A stretch of DNA of 54,625 nt from a virus (taxonomy: Duplodnaviria; Caudoviricetes): IMG/VR virus record IMGVR_UViG_3300008113_000089, positions 1 to 54,625 of that record; one strand, written 5' to 3'. Under the pieces are notes generated by a model that made no database searches, had not been told where the DNA came from, and saw only the letters and a list, made by a program, of their open reading frames with translations. Below, piece after piece: positions 28,501 to 38,800 of this stretch. The position numbers and the translations under genes were made by a program. How positions within the stretch are numbered: position 1 is the stretch's first letter; the number at the start of each line of letters is the position of its first letter.

Positions 28501-29380
28501 AACTCCGAGTGCGTATAGAAACATCTTCTATGCGACTCACAATCAAAGATTATATATTTTTGCACCGACTGTCACAGATACTCTCAATACGGCGATATAT
28601 GTATATGACCTCAAAACGCAGGGGTGGACGCGCTGGCGTTCTCCCCTAAGCGGTTCGACATACATAGGTTTCACATCTGGTGTTAGCCTTGCTACTGGTA
28701 ATGACACAGCAGACTTCTACGCTGGTGGTAGCAATGGACAGATATATAGATTACTTGGACACGTTGATCGTCTCACACTCAATGGTGCTGTCCAAGGTAT
28801 TCCTTATTCAATTGTAACTAGGCAATACGGTCAGACATATGCTGAGGGCATTGCCTATTACAACCAGAATCGTGTAACTCAACTTGATGTACATTACTGG
28901 AATATCAAACCTACGTTAGTTGTAACAACGTCTACTGGCACAGACATTACAGCCAACAACGACTTCACCGCTGGTGACACTATTGTTTTCAATACGACGA
29001 TAGGTGCATTGACGGCTGGAACGACTTATTACGTTATTGCAGCTGGCTTGACTCGTAATACATTCCGAGTAGCAACAGCCTCTGGCGGTACAGCAATTAC
29101 CATCGGTACTGCTGGTAATGTTGTTGCAACATACGGTTTTGACCACACGTTGTCTTGGCAGATACAGAATGAACTAGGTGTACCAGTGTTTACTCCGAAC
29201 GCTACGAGCCAATCATTTACATTTACATCTGGAATCAACAAAACGGTTGCTATACGGAATATAAACAGGGATACGTTGGCAACAGTAACACAGGTTAATC
29301 TGTCTGGTACTACAAAGACACCCGCTCGAATCATGTCTACGCACGTGCATTCGGCTGATGCGAGAATAGCGAGAGTCTAA
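25598..29380 (+). CDS. tail nozzle/stabilisation protein (P22 gp10 / tubular B-like) with large insertions
   Basis: FIGINT...LVTRPGY N-terminus, HTKRLWVA, GIGCTSP and IYVYDLKTQGWTRW beta-propeller motifs; TAATG-coupled start at 25598. Confidence 0.75.
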   Translation: MPDTTRSAQAVRQTYTFGDRRFIGINTNIQPNNLEDGYLQVADNVWNDGGALVTRPGYQAQLDTAHAGEIHAMISYRRPDNTATDIIYAVGNSSTSTSTIYRYTKDTPTPVSLGSITGYAPNVRMVQHGKYIYGVPGVGGGSLFRYDGTNLESLPLVKAPYKDGLNLITPAASVLTNPIKSITAGSDINNTPSAGAFGMAFSNPTTGIYDLITGTSTTTGYTFESDTDNSNPSSTTWTSAGSPTVKQYTNIDAALAGGEKIANYPTQTGNKALLLDGGSDAVTKSITTLPSYTFDGSTKTAALYSLNCLMYNNDTLDSRRNQGVLITVTGYASSTPIPGAVFTQVVNPTVAQSTTDWKVVSAIIDFRAFQGNLTRIDVKFQTANQAQSTTADSKGVFVDNIGFYAVLSDMSYTTGDVTDGLGLVKIKAKQQNTNLQPSHAGYLRGTALQVTVSSDLSSKDTVSMRMDFPEQYKTNLPYMSLGLRNTGTTTINWTGYGIYDTAKGYMSWRIYGIPPAQRNNVQYVYVRMESEYEGVTHDTLLFSIGELTTDGGLTPETTYEYIYTKWYAKDNTGKPPYFHEGDVWQQGLESLPSAVSNSAVTTAAFSKVSVVLNPRESSTGIPLNQVYDTYSIASVTTAGETITQFVPASNQKFVMSATTGNLVYVDVSNVTRTLSIATAYTPVTIPSGQEIKTVTSFAGTFPVWIQHTASYGASAYEYSHLCVYRRAQGVFPDGRFRLVAVVPIGASSSGKGWTSTVNTVSTWKEITFNDSVPDGDIFYEAGPYDPGYYFEPGRDVMPVGASSIATHTKRLWVAVNNTVYASWILNALDEYGMYTTLVPDTSDPNIYTKGTSFTVSTKNDNEKIAALLSYAGDGMFVNNTTSASLLVLRENSVLPILGFDPTNFTIQSMVREYGIGCTSPKGTASFYGQMLWQSPQGMVQFNEGLPVNRSFELRKLLSLDKTNGAPDLTPSAYRNIFYATHNQRLYIFAPTVTDTLNTAIYVYDLKTQGWTRWRSPLSGSTYIGFTSGVSLATGNDTADFYAGGSNGQIYRLLGHVDRLTLNGAVQGIPYSIVTRQYGQTYAEGIAYYNQNRVTQLDVHYWNIKPTLVVTTSTGTDITANNDFTAGDTIVFNTTIGALTAGTTYYVIAAGLTRNTFRVATASGGTAITIGTAGNVVATYGFDHTLSWQIQNELGVPVFTPNATSQSFTFTSGINKTVAIRNINRDTLATVTQVNLSGTTKTPARIMSTHVHSADARIARV

Positions 29381-29805
29381 TGGCAACAGCAACACCAGTA
29401 ACACCACCAGAATCGACAGGCGGAGGCTCCACAGGCGCGTCAAAAGTATTCATTGACAATACGCCGATAACACCTGGTGGTTCAGTTGAGGTTTACAACT
29501 ACACGCTTAGTCGGCAGATTAACGTGACTGCGACGAAAACTATAGGTGACTACAACAGCATACTTGTATGTGATGCATCATCGGCTGCGATTGTATTGAC
29601 ATTCCCATCTGGCAAAGCTGCAGTTGGTAAGATGTTAATAGTTGCAAAAACGGATTCTACTGGTAACTCAGTGACTATCAGTGCGATATCCGGCGAAACA
29701 ATCTTTGCTCCCGCTGGATTCAGTGGGCTAACAACGCAATACGCAACAGTGACATTTGTAGGTGTCGTTGTTGGTACTACTGGTGGATGGATGAAGGTGG
29801 ACTAA
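29380..29805 (+). CDS. small tail protein
   Basis: CDASSAAIVLTFP...KTDSTGNSVTI...ETI, a domain common in phage tail proteins. Confidence 0.6.
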   Translation: MATATPVTPPESTGGGSTGASKVFIDNTPITPGGSVEVYNYTLSRQINVTATKTIGDYNSILVCDASSAAIVLTFPSGKAAVGKMLIVAKTDSTGNSVTISAISGETIFAPAGFSGLTTQYATVTFVGVVVGTTGGWMKVD

Positions 29806-31157
29806 TGCCTAATAATCAAGTTGCTAATGGAATGCAGGGTAGAGTTGCAGGTCCGACAGGACAGTTTGCTGGTGTACAACGTGCACTCGGCTCACCTGCT
29901 GGACGCTTAGGTACGCAAGCCCTTATGGGTATGCTCAATGGTCAAAATCCCGGACAAGCCGCAATGGGTGCTGGTATGGACTTTGCTAAAGGCAAAGCAA
30001 TGGAATATGGAGCCAAGCAACTTCTAGGTGGTGCTTTAGGTGGGCAAGCAGCCGGATTTCTTGGTGGCCCATACGGAATGCTTGCTATGACAGCATTACC
30101 ATTTCTAGGTAAAGGCATGAGTAGCCTTGGACGGTCTTTAGGTATTGGGAAACGTAGTGGTCCGTCTGCACAAGAACTAGCCATGGGTGAAGCCAAAGGC
30201 AATCTTGCCGGTATGCGTGGAACATATGGCGCAGACATGGGCACAGGTCAAGCAATGCTTGATAAGTACAACCCAATGCTCGAAGCCCAGATTGGACGTA
30301 TGCAAGAACTTGCTGACCGTGGACTCTCAACAGAGTACAACACGAGGCAACTTGCTGGTGCAGCTACCAACACAGAGAATGCACGTCGAGCAGCCGAGGC
30401 TCGCATGAGGGCAACTGGTGGGATGGTTGGTGGTGGTCAAGCACTATCTGGTTACGGTGGTATTAATCAAGCAGCTGTCGGTGGTATAGCACAGGGTGCA
30501 TACAACGCAGCACAGACCAATATGAATAGCCAGCCGGGTTATATCAATCAGTTATCTGGCATGATTGGTGGTCAGATTAACCGTGGTCAAGGGCTGTTTA
30601 ATACTGGCCGTCAAGGAATGATGGGTCTTGACCAAACGCTTTATAATCTCAACGCTCAGGAAAAGGCTCGTGCTGATGCTAACGCACAGGCTAACCGTGC
30701 TCGAGAAGCACAAATGATTAGTGGTGTTGCCAACCTTGCCGGTACAGCCGCTGGCATGGAGCAGTCACGTAAACAGCAACGTGACTACATGAATATGTTA
30801 TTTGGTAATGATGGCACTAGTAGTGGTGGTGGTAACCGCGCCAGTAGTTTCAACGGAATCCCTGTAACTGCTGATGGTGAACCAGATTACGATGCCATGA
30901 GGTCTCAAGGAATGATTAGTACATTTACTGACGCACCATACAGTTCTCCGCCTATGGATACATCTATGTATGCTAATCCAGATTATATGGTTCCATTAAC
31001 TGGCTCTAATGCCGGTGGATATACTTATGACCCAAACCGTGGTCAAGTTTACAATCCCGGATGGGGTATGGAAGACCCAAGTCAAAATTATCAACAATCT
31101 GATAGTGGGTGGGGAATCGATCCTGTTACCGGCAGAAGAGTTTGGATGGGGTATTAA
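29805..31157 (+). CDS. internal virion/ejection protein
   Basis: Gly/Ala/Gln/Met-rich and helical; follows the tail genes as in podoviruses. Confidence 0.6.
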   Translation: MPNNQVANGMQGRVAGPTGQFAGVQRALGSPAGRLGTQALMGMLNGQNPGQAAMGAGMDFAKGKAMEYGAKQLLGGALGGQAAGFLGGPYGMLAMTALPFLGKGMSSLGRSLGIGKRSGPSAQELAMGEAKGNLAGMRGTYGADMGTGQAMLDKYNPMLEAQIGRMQELADRGLSTEYNTRQLAGAATNTENARRAAEARMRATGGMVGGGQALSGYGGINQAAVGGIAQGAYNAAQTNMNSQPGYINQLSGMIGGQINRGQGLFNTGRQGMMGLDQTLYNLNAQEKARADANAQANRAREAQMISGVANLAGTAAGMEQSRKQQRDYMNMLFGNDGTSSGGGNRASSFNGIPVTADGEPDYDAMRSQGMISTFTDAPYSSPPMDTSMYANPDYMVPLTGSNAGGYTYDPNRGQVYNPGWGMEDPSQNYQQSDSGWGIDPVTGRRVWMGY

Positions 31158-31159
31158 AA

Positions 31160-32821
31160 ATGGCTCAAAACATGGGATTTGGAAGTGCTTTAACTGGTTT
31201 TGGTTCAGGTTATTTAAACGCCTTAAGAGCCGGTCGTTCAGAGCAAAACAGCCTACTCAATGCAAAACTGCGTAAAGATGCACTAGCACAAAAGAAGCAG
31301 GAGTCAGAAGCCGCAGGTCAACTCCGTGCGTTGCAAATGCAAGACATGCTTGATGCTCGAGCGTTTCGCCGTAAGGATTCAGAGAATAAAGCAAACTACA
31401 ATAACAACCGTTTGCTAGGAACTGCACAAGGTAAAGTCACTGACTTTTATACAAAGATGCAACCGTACTTGAAGGCTCAGACACCAGACCAACGAAAGAC
31501 AACACACGACTCTATGCGTAGTAGTGTACGCAGTATGTTGGTGGCTGGTGGTATGGATCCTAAACTTGCAGACCAGCAAGCCGAGCAGATGATTAAACCA
31601 TACGGTGCTCAACTACAGGATGAAACAGTTGACATCAACATGGGACCAAACATGACCGATGCCGGCCTTATGTCACAAGGTATAGTCCCGCAATCATCTG
31701 TAAATGCACAATTTGGCGGTAATGCACCTGCACCCGGAGCAAACACTGGTTGGCAAATGCAACCGGATGGTACTTGGGGTCGTGCCGGTAGTCAAAGGCT
31801 TGACCCTAACTTACGTGCAATGATGGGCATGCAGAATTACCTTGGTGACATTGGTAACAATTTAACACGCACCGCACTCGGTGGAAGAAATCCTGCTACT
31901 AACAACAAAGGTGGTTACGATTTTCAACAGTATCAAGACCCTACATACGGTGTTACAGAGCAACGTGAAGGTGTTACAAAAACTGTTCCAGCAACTGCTG
32001 CGTATGGCATGGATGAGTTAACTCGTTCTCAAGTCGGAAAAAATGACGCATCAACTAAACTGACAAATGTCAAAACTGATCAACTTGTTTCCTTGTTCCC
32101 AGACCAAGCGAAATTACTTAGAACAAAAATCGAATCACTTGCCGCTAACATGGGTTTAACCAAGGAACGTACTAAGTTCATCGGTCTTAACTACGACCTT
32201 GATTTACGCAAACATGCAGCACAGGTTGCTCATCAAAAGGCAATGGAATCTATTGGCAGAATGAATGCTGATACTGGCCAAAAGAATCTTGCATTGCGTA
32301 AAATTGGTTTACGTCTAAAGGCAATTATTGACCCTGAAAGAATTGTTGTTAATACATCCGCTATTATCAGTGACCTTGAAAGAGCCAAAGGTGTAAAGGG
32401 TGCAAATATACCTTTAATTGATCAACAGATAGCACGGCTCCAAAAAGAACAACGGACAATGAAGGAGTTCTCACACATTGCAACTAGTGACCCACGTAAG
32501 TTATCCGACATGAATTACATGGCACAAATATTTGCTGGGCAAGTTGGGCAAATGTCACCAGAGATGCAAGCTGATGTTGCTAGGTTTGGCCTTTCTCCAA
32601 GTCCATACAAAATGTACGACACTATGCTAGGTAACTCACAATATCAAAGTCCGTTTTGGGATACTGAAGACTGGGATAACGAAGATTACATGGATAATAG
32701 TGAACTCATTCCGGGATGGAACGGATTTGCTGGAGCGGCGGCGGCTAACCCACGCCCTAACCCATTGATGCGTAATCCTCTTACTATGTCAAACGGTGGC
32801 ATACCGGGCTTCACTTTTTAA
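31160..32821 (+). CDS. internal virion/ejection protein
   Basis: GFGSALTGFGSGY N-terminus and coiled coils; lies just before the giant protein. Confidence 0.6.
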   Translation: MAQNMGFGSALTGFGSGYLNALRAGRSEQNSLLNAKLRKDALAQKKQESEAAGQLRALQMQDMLDARAFRRKDSENKANYNNNRLLGTAQGKVTDFYTKMQPYLKAQTPDQRKTTHDSMRSSVRSMLVAGGMDPKLADQQAEQMIKPYGAQLQDETVDINMGPNMTDAGLMSQGIVPQSSVNAQFGGNAPAPGANTGWQMQPDGTWGRAGSQRLDPNLRAMMGMQNYLGDIGNNLTRTALGGRNPATNNKGGYDFQQYQDPTYGVTEQREGVTKTVPATAAYGMDELTRSQVGKNDASTKLTNVKTDQLVSLFPDQAKLLRTKIESLAANMGLTKERTKFIGLNYDLDLRKHAAQVAHQKAMESIGRMNADTGQKNLALRKIGLRLKAIIDPERIVVNTSAIISDLERAKGVKGANIPLIDQQIARLQKEQRTMKEFSHIATSDPRKLSDMNYMAQIFAGQVGQMSPEMQADVARFGLSPSPYKMYDTMLGNSQYQSPFWDTEDWDNEDYMDNSELIPGWNGFAGAAAANPRPNPLMRNPLTMSNGGIPGFTF

Positions 32822-32839
32822 AATCATGCTGTCCATAGT

Positions 32840-32854
32840 TGGTAAAATGCAATT
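32840..32854 (+). promoter_or_regulatory. extended -10 leaderless promoter of the giant gene
   Basis: TG-g-TAAAAT (32840-32848), 6 nt before ATG 32855, no SD sequence. Confidence 0.55.
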
Positions 32855-35800
32855 ATGGACAGCAATTCGCGATTTTCCGTAAAAGGCAGTAACCCCGTTC
32901 GTGACTACCAAGGGCTTAAAGAGCGCAAAGGTCGTTACGCTCCGAACTCTAAAGAAGATGTTCGTGCTAAGCTTGGAGAGGGTGGTAAGTACGACGATAT
33001 TCTACTTACTAACGATTACGCTAACCTAAAAGCATTTGCCTTAGAAAAGGGCTTTATTACTCGTGGTGAAGCTGAGAGCATTGCCAAACATAAAGCAAAC
33101 CGTGTTGCTAGTCTGATTGCTGAGGGTAAAGCAAATCAGTTTGCAGGTCGTGAGTACCGACCAGATTTATCTCCTGAAGCAGCACAGACCAAACGTCAAA
33201 ACATTGGTGCTGAGTATGCCGCACAAGCGCCAATAGAGCGTCAAAAAGATATAGAACTTCTTGGCAAGATGGGTTACACACCCGAAGACGTACAGAAGTT
33301 TGGTACTGATAGATCCGGATTTATCCCTCAAGGTGTGCCGATTATTGGTGGCAATGAAGTACCAATTGCATCTCAATCATTCTGGCAAGACCCAATGCGT
33401 AACCTTGGCATCAGTGCGTACCAAGGTGGCGTAGGTCTCGGTGCTACAGCCGAAGGTATGGTTGCTCCTGCTCGAGCACTTGCTACTAGATTTACAGGCG
33501 GTGACCCGACACAGTTCTATGCTCCTAATGAAAACCCATTGGTTGAAGCAGGAACAATCTTTGGTTCCAATGCAGCTGAAAGTGCGGCTGGATTCCCTGC
33601 TCGTTACGCCGGTATGCGTATCGGTGGTGAGTTAGGATTCAAGGGCGGTATGGCACTCAGTGGTGGTAACCCACTCTGGGGCGGTGTAGGTGCTGTTGCT
33701 GGGGGTATGCTCGGTCAGCTTGGTATGGGTCACGCTATGGAGACCCTGAACGATGCGGCTATGAACCTTATTCTTGGACGTGAGAATGCAGCTAGACTGC
33801 AACAACGCAAACAAGAAATGTCTGCTCAGTATCCACTTGCCGCACGTATTGGTGAGGAACTTCCTGACCTTGCTATGTTTGGGCCGTCATTTAAGGTCAA
33901 GGGATTTAGCGGTAAGGCAGCACGTCAAGGTTTCAAGCAAGCCGGTATGAAGGGACTACGCCAAGGTGTAGTTGATTCAACTGAGTTTGCGGGTGACCTT
34001 GCCGAGCGTGGCGGTGAGTCTGCACTCAACATGGTGCTTGCTTACAAGCAATCAGAAGACGAAAAGAAACTCGGCATGCCGGGTAAGTCTGCTTGGGACA
34101 TCCTTGCTGAAGGTGCACTTGGCGCTGTTATGCAAGGTGACACTCGTGTAGGACGAGCTGTATACGGTGGATTAAACCGTCTTACTAGCCCACAGATGAT
34201 TCAGCAATCTATTGAACGTACCGCACCAGGTGCTATGCCAATGTCTCCTGCCGTAGATACTGGCTCTGCTATGCGCCCCGGTATGCGTCGATTCAACCTT
34301 GGTGGTCGTATTGAGAGTGGTGTTGATGAAGATGGCAGCCCAATTATCAAGGGCGCACGTTACGCTATCTATGACCCAGAAGCACGTAAGGCACAAGTCT
34401 ATACTGACAACGACTTTGCTCTAGAAGGTGCACGTACACGCAAAGCAGCACAGAGCCTTCAAGGCACACAGAATATCTTCAAGCGTCAGCCTGTCATTCA
34501 ATACGATGACACAGTAGTTGGTGGTCAGCGTCAGATTCTAGGCATCACTCGAGATGCTGGTGTCCTTGTGCGTGACTACACAAAAGATGGCAAGTCTGCT
34601 ATATCCGCTGTTCCTCTTAGCGAAATCCGCAACGCTAAGATTAGCAAGCGTATTAATGAGGTTATTGAGAATCAGGGTGTGCGACCGAACTCACGTCCTG
34701 CACCATTTATGCCAGAGGCATTTACCAACTTTAACCCCGTAGCATTCCCTGACACAGTGTCCCTGACAACGGATTCAGAGCCGATTCCTGCAAGAGTTGT
34801 AGAACGAATTGGAGGTAAAACGGATGCTTCGTATATTGTTGCGTTGCCTGATGGCACACACTTTCGCGCTCATGAATCACAGATTAATGTAGACAAGTTT
34901 ACTGGTGGTGAACACATCATCCGTGGAGCAATGAAAGACACTGACTTCCCACGGTCATTGGCTGACCTTGCTCCAAAGCGTGGTGGCTTGGACGGTCTTG
35001 TGCGTATCGGTGAGGGTTCGGATGCACCATTCGTTGAACTGACTCCTACCCAACGTAAAGACTATCAGGCTGTTGCTACGAAGTATCAAGCAGATATCGA
35101 CGCTATTAAACGAGAACCAGACAAGACCCGCCGTTCACAGATGTTGGACATTGTTCAAGGCAAGATTGCAAACGAGTATCTTGCTACAAATCCAATAGCA
35201 CCTCCGACCGGAACTTGGAAAGAAGGTGACGTAGTTGATGTTAACCTTTCACAGACGAAATTTGCCGGTAAGCCACAAACTGCTATTGTTACTGATGTCA
35301 ACGATTATGGTTATGCTGTACGACTGGTGGATCATCCCAACGTTGGCACATTTACAGTACAAGATGCAAACGTTATGGGTGAAGCTGTACCTGATGTACC
35401 AACTGCTCGTTCTAACAAGGGAGTTAAATCTCTAGCAGCCGGTCGTATTTCGACTGAGCGTTCTACGGCTACTGGACGTGATGGTGTACCTGCGGTGACA
35501 CGTGGCTATGCGTCCACTGGTATGGCAGCTACTGACGTTGCTACAGTCAGTGATAAGGCAAAGCACGTTGACTATGTAGAGTTACCAGAAGATGTCCAGC
35601 AATCCATCCAGAAGCGTTTCAAGAAGGCTGTAGATGACGGTGAGATTACCGCTGGTAATAGTATTGACTTTGTAGAAACAACCAAAGACGGTCAGGTGCA
35701 TGGGCAGATTCATGTTCACGCACTAGACAACATGACATTCCAAGTTGTTGCTACCAACTTCCCGGAAGGTGGCGGTGCAATTAAGGATCAGTACGTTTCG

Positions 35801-38800
35801 TCTTATAACGTACGCTACAACCCTGAGACTGATATGTGGGATGTCTACTCTGTAGATCCTGATACCGCTCGGCGTATGAGTGAATCTGACGAAGCCGCTT
35901 ACATGGCTATCAGTCACCTCAAAAATGTTGCGCCTGTAGAACAAGACGTAGAAAATTGGGATGTCCAGAACGTACCGAAAGCAACACAACGTCAAATTCT
36001 AAACACATACCTTGATGCTGTAAATGTAAAGTTTCCAATCAAACCGGAATACAAAACAAGTGACGATTTCAGCACATTGCTCGACGCAACTGAGTATGAC
36101 ATTATGGACGGCAAGTTCATAACTCCTTTTGATGTTAGTGCTTTTAACCCACGTCATTATTACGTTGATGTGTGGACTAATGAACAATTAGATATGACTG
36201 ACCCTTATCAATATGCACGGGCATCAGATGTAGGTCGTGACATATATGACAAGTTTAGTAAAGGTGATACTCATCTAATAGGAGGGTTAATTAATGAAAG
36301 ACGTAAAGAGGCATTAAAAGCACTCGATACATATCTATATAAAAACATAGATAGATCTAACTGGACAAGACCAGAGCATCAATTATTCTTATTGATGGCA
36401 TCTAAACATGCTGTCAAGACCGAATTAGACGCAAACAAAAACGTCATCCTTAAACTAACTGAGATCAGTAAGAATAATGAAGTCTTACCAGCCAGTTACA
36501 CACAAGTTGATTACGATGCATTTGTTAAGGCCCTACGCTCTGGCATTGCTCCTAAAAAGGCATTTTTGGCATCAGCCGAATATGCACAACAACAAAACAT
36601 CGCTAATCGAAACGTACCTGTTCATGGCTGGAAGACATATCCACAAAGTGACAGCAAAGAAAATCACGCAGAATTATCTCGTGACTGTGCTGGAACCGTA
36701 TGGTGTGTTGCTGGTACGGACATGGCTGCTCATTACATGAGTCAGGGTGATTTTTATGTCTACTTTGATAATTCCAAACCAACCGTAGCGTATTGTGGAA
36801 CCTACAGAAATATAGTTGAGCCACCACGCGGAACTAAATATTCCAGTCAAGCAGTTACAGCACATGAGCAACAAATTGCCTTACAGCACATGGCAGATAA
36901 TGGCATAGCACCAGATTACAAAGATGATGTTGCTGCTACAAAAGCTGCGTACGACATAATGATGGGTAATGGCACAACAGAAGATGTAGATAAAGTAAAA
37001 AAACGTCAAGCACGATTGTACAGTTCTGAAGACAAAGACACGCCATCTTCTATTTTAAAGAAACTTGAAGCTACAAATACACCAAAAGTTGACTGGACAT
37101 CTACGGCATTCAGAAATAGATACAATCGCCAAGGTGGAGGTAAAACACAACTAGAGGTTATTACAGAGCTACCAAACTTTAGAACTAACTATGAAAACCT
37201 ACTATCTGACCCTGAAGGCGTAAAGTATACCATCGATGACGTGCAATCAATAAGTGTTAGAAATGAAGCGGACATAAACACACTTGCTGAACTGTATCAA
37301 AAACACATTGCTAGCAAAGAACTAAAACATTCCATCGTAGTCCATATGTGGAATAACCAGTTCGACAATTTCGGTACGAATCTTTATGAAATTCAGCAAG
37401 GAGCTTATGTTGACCAAAAAGTAATTGATGACATTTACAAAAAGGATTCCAAGCAAGGACTTAATGCGTCAGCATTTAATAATGATTTTTCATGGGCTGA
37501 ATTCCCAAGTCATGCAGCACCTGTAATTAACATTGACGGTAAAGATGAAACCCAGACATTAAAAGTCAATGAGAAATCCACATATGCAATATTAAACAAT
37601 GCTGAATACCTTAAAGTTGAGCTTACGCCATATTCTGGTGGCGGGCAGTTTATAGGTTTTGCAAGTCCAGTTTTTGTCAACGCCAATAACAATCAGCAGA
37701 TTAATGTAACCGCAGATTTTAAACCAACTATTAGATTTAAACCTCGAGCAATTAATGGTCATGTATCAATAACAAACATTCCTACAGAAACATTGACCTT
37801 TGATATTGCCGATGCAGTGCTTGCGGATTCAACGAATACATATACACGCATTACGGCTAATCCTTGGGCTACTGGCGTAGCAACAATTATCAACAGTACA
37901 CCCGAACAGACGCGTATTGGGGAAGTTGATTTTACCGCCTCCGATGCTAGGTTAATTTATCAACCGTTTCAAAATCCTGAACCGTTAGAAATAGATGAGT
38001 ATAAAGGTGACCTAACAAGTATAAGCAACTCCGAAGTCAGGCATTATGTTGCCATGATGGAGGACTTTAGTGTAGATGGAAAAGTGGATACCATCTATAT
38101 GAATGGTCGCAAACACAATGTAACGTCAGGTCTTCGTGCGGACGTGCGTAAATTCCGCATCGGAGATCCAGATAGTAGGATTACCATCGATGTCCATAAT
38201 GATTACCATACGACATATATTGAAACAGACGAAACAAGTACAACCCCACTTAGAGATCAAGGCAACCTAACGTTACGACTTACTGGTGAAAAACCTCACG
38301 TATTTTTACAGAACGATGGTGTCTTCCATAACCTACAAATTAACAGTGTTAATCCACCTGATATTACACATGTTTTTGATGTTAACGGTATGGACACATT
38401 TGTGACTGGTACCTGGGGTGATGACGGGTTTAATATCAAAGCAGATGTTTATGCTCAGTTGCGTGGTGGTAAATCCATCAAAGCATTAGCTCAAAGTCTA
38501 ACAAGATTCGGTGTAGATTACATATCCGCAGATCAGCTGCTGTTTATAAAATCAATACGGCAAATGGTTACTGCTCAATTTTCTGTCAGTAAAACGTTGC
38601 AAGCGGACGTGTTCAACACGTACTTAAATAACTATGACACTTCCAATATACACATTGAAGCATTTGACCGTCTTGGACGATTAGATGCTGATAGTGTTCG
38701 AGCATTATTGACAGCAGAAATTGCGCCTGTTGAGCAATTTAAATCTGTTAGTGACCTCGCAAAACAAGACCCAACTAGAGTTGCTACTATCAAGTTACAG

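Noticed and set aside
33415-33430. ISAYQG as another linker motif
   Set aside because: It lacks the E and acidic flanks and is not at an evident domain boundary.
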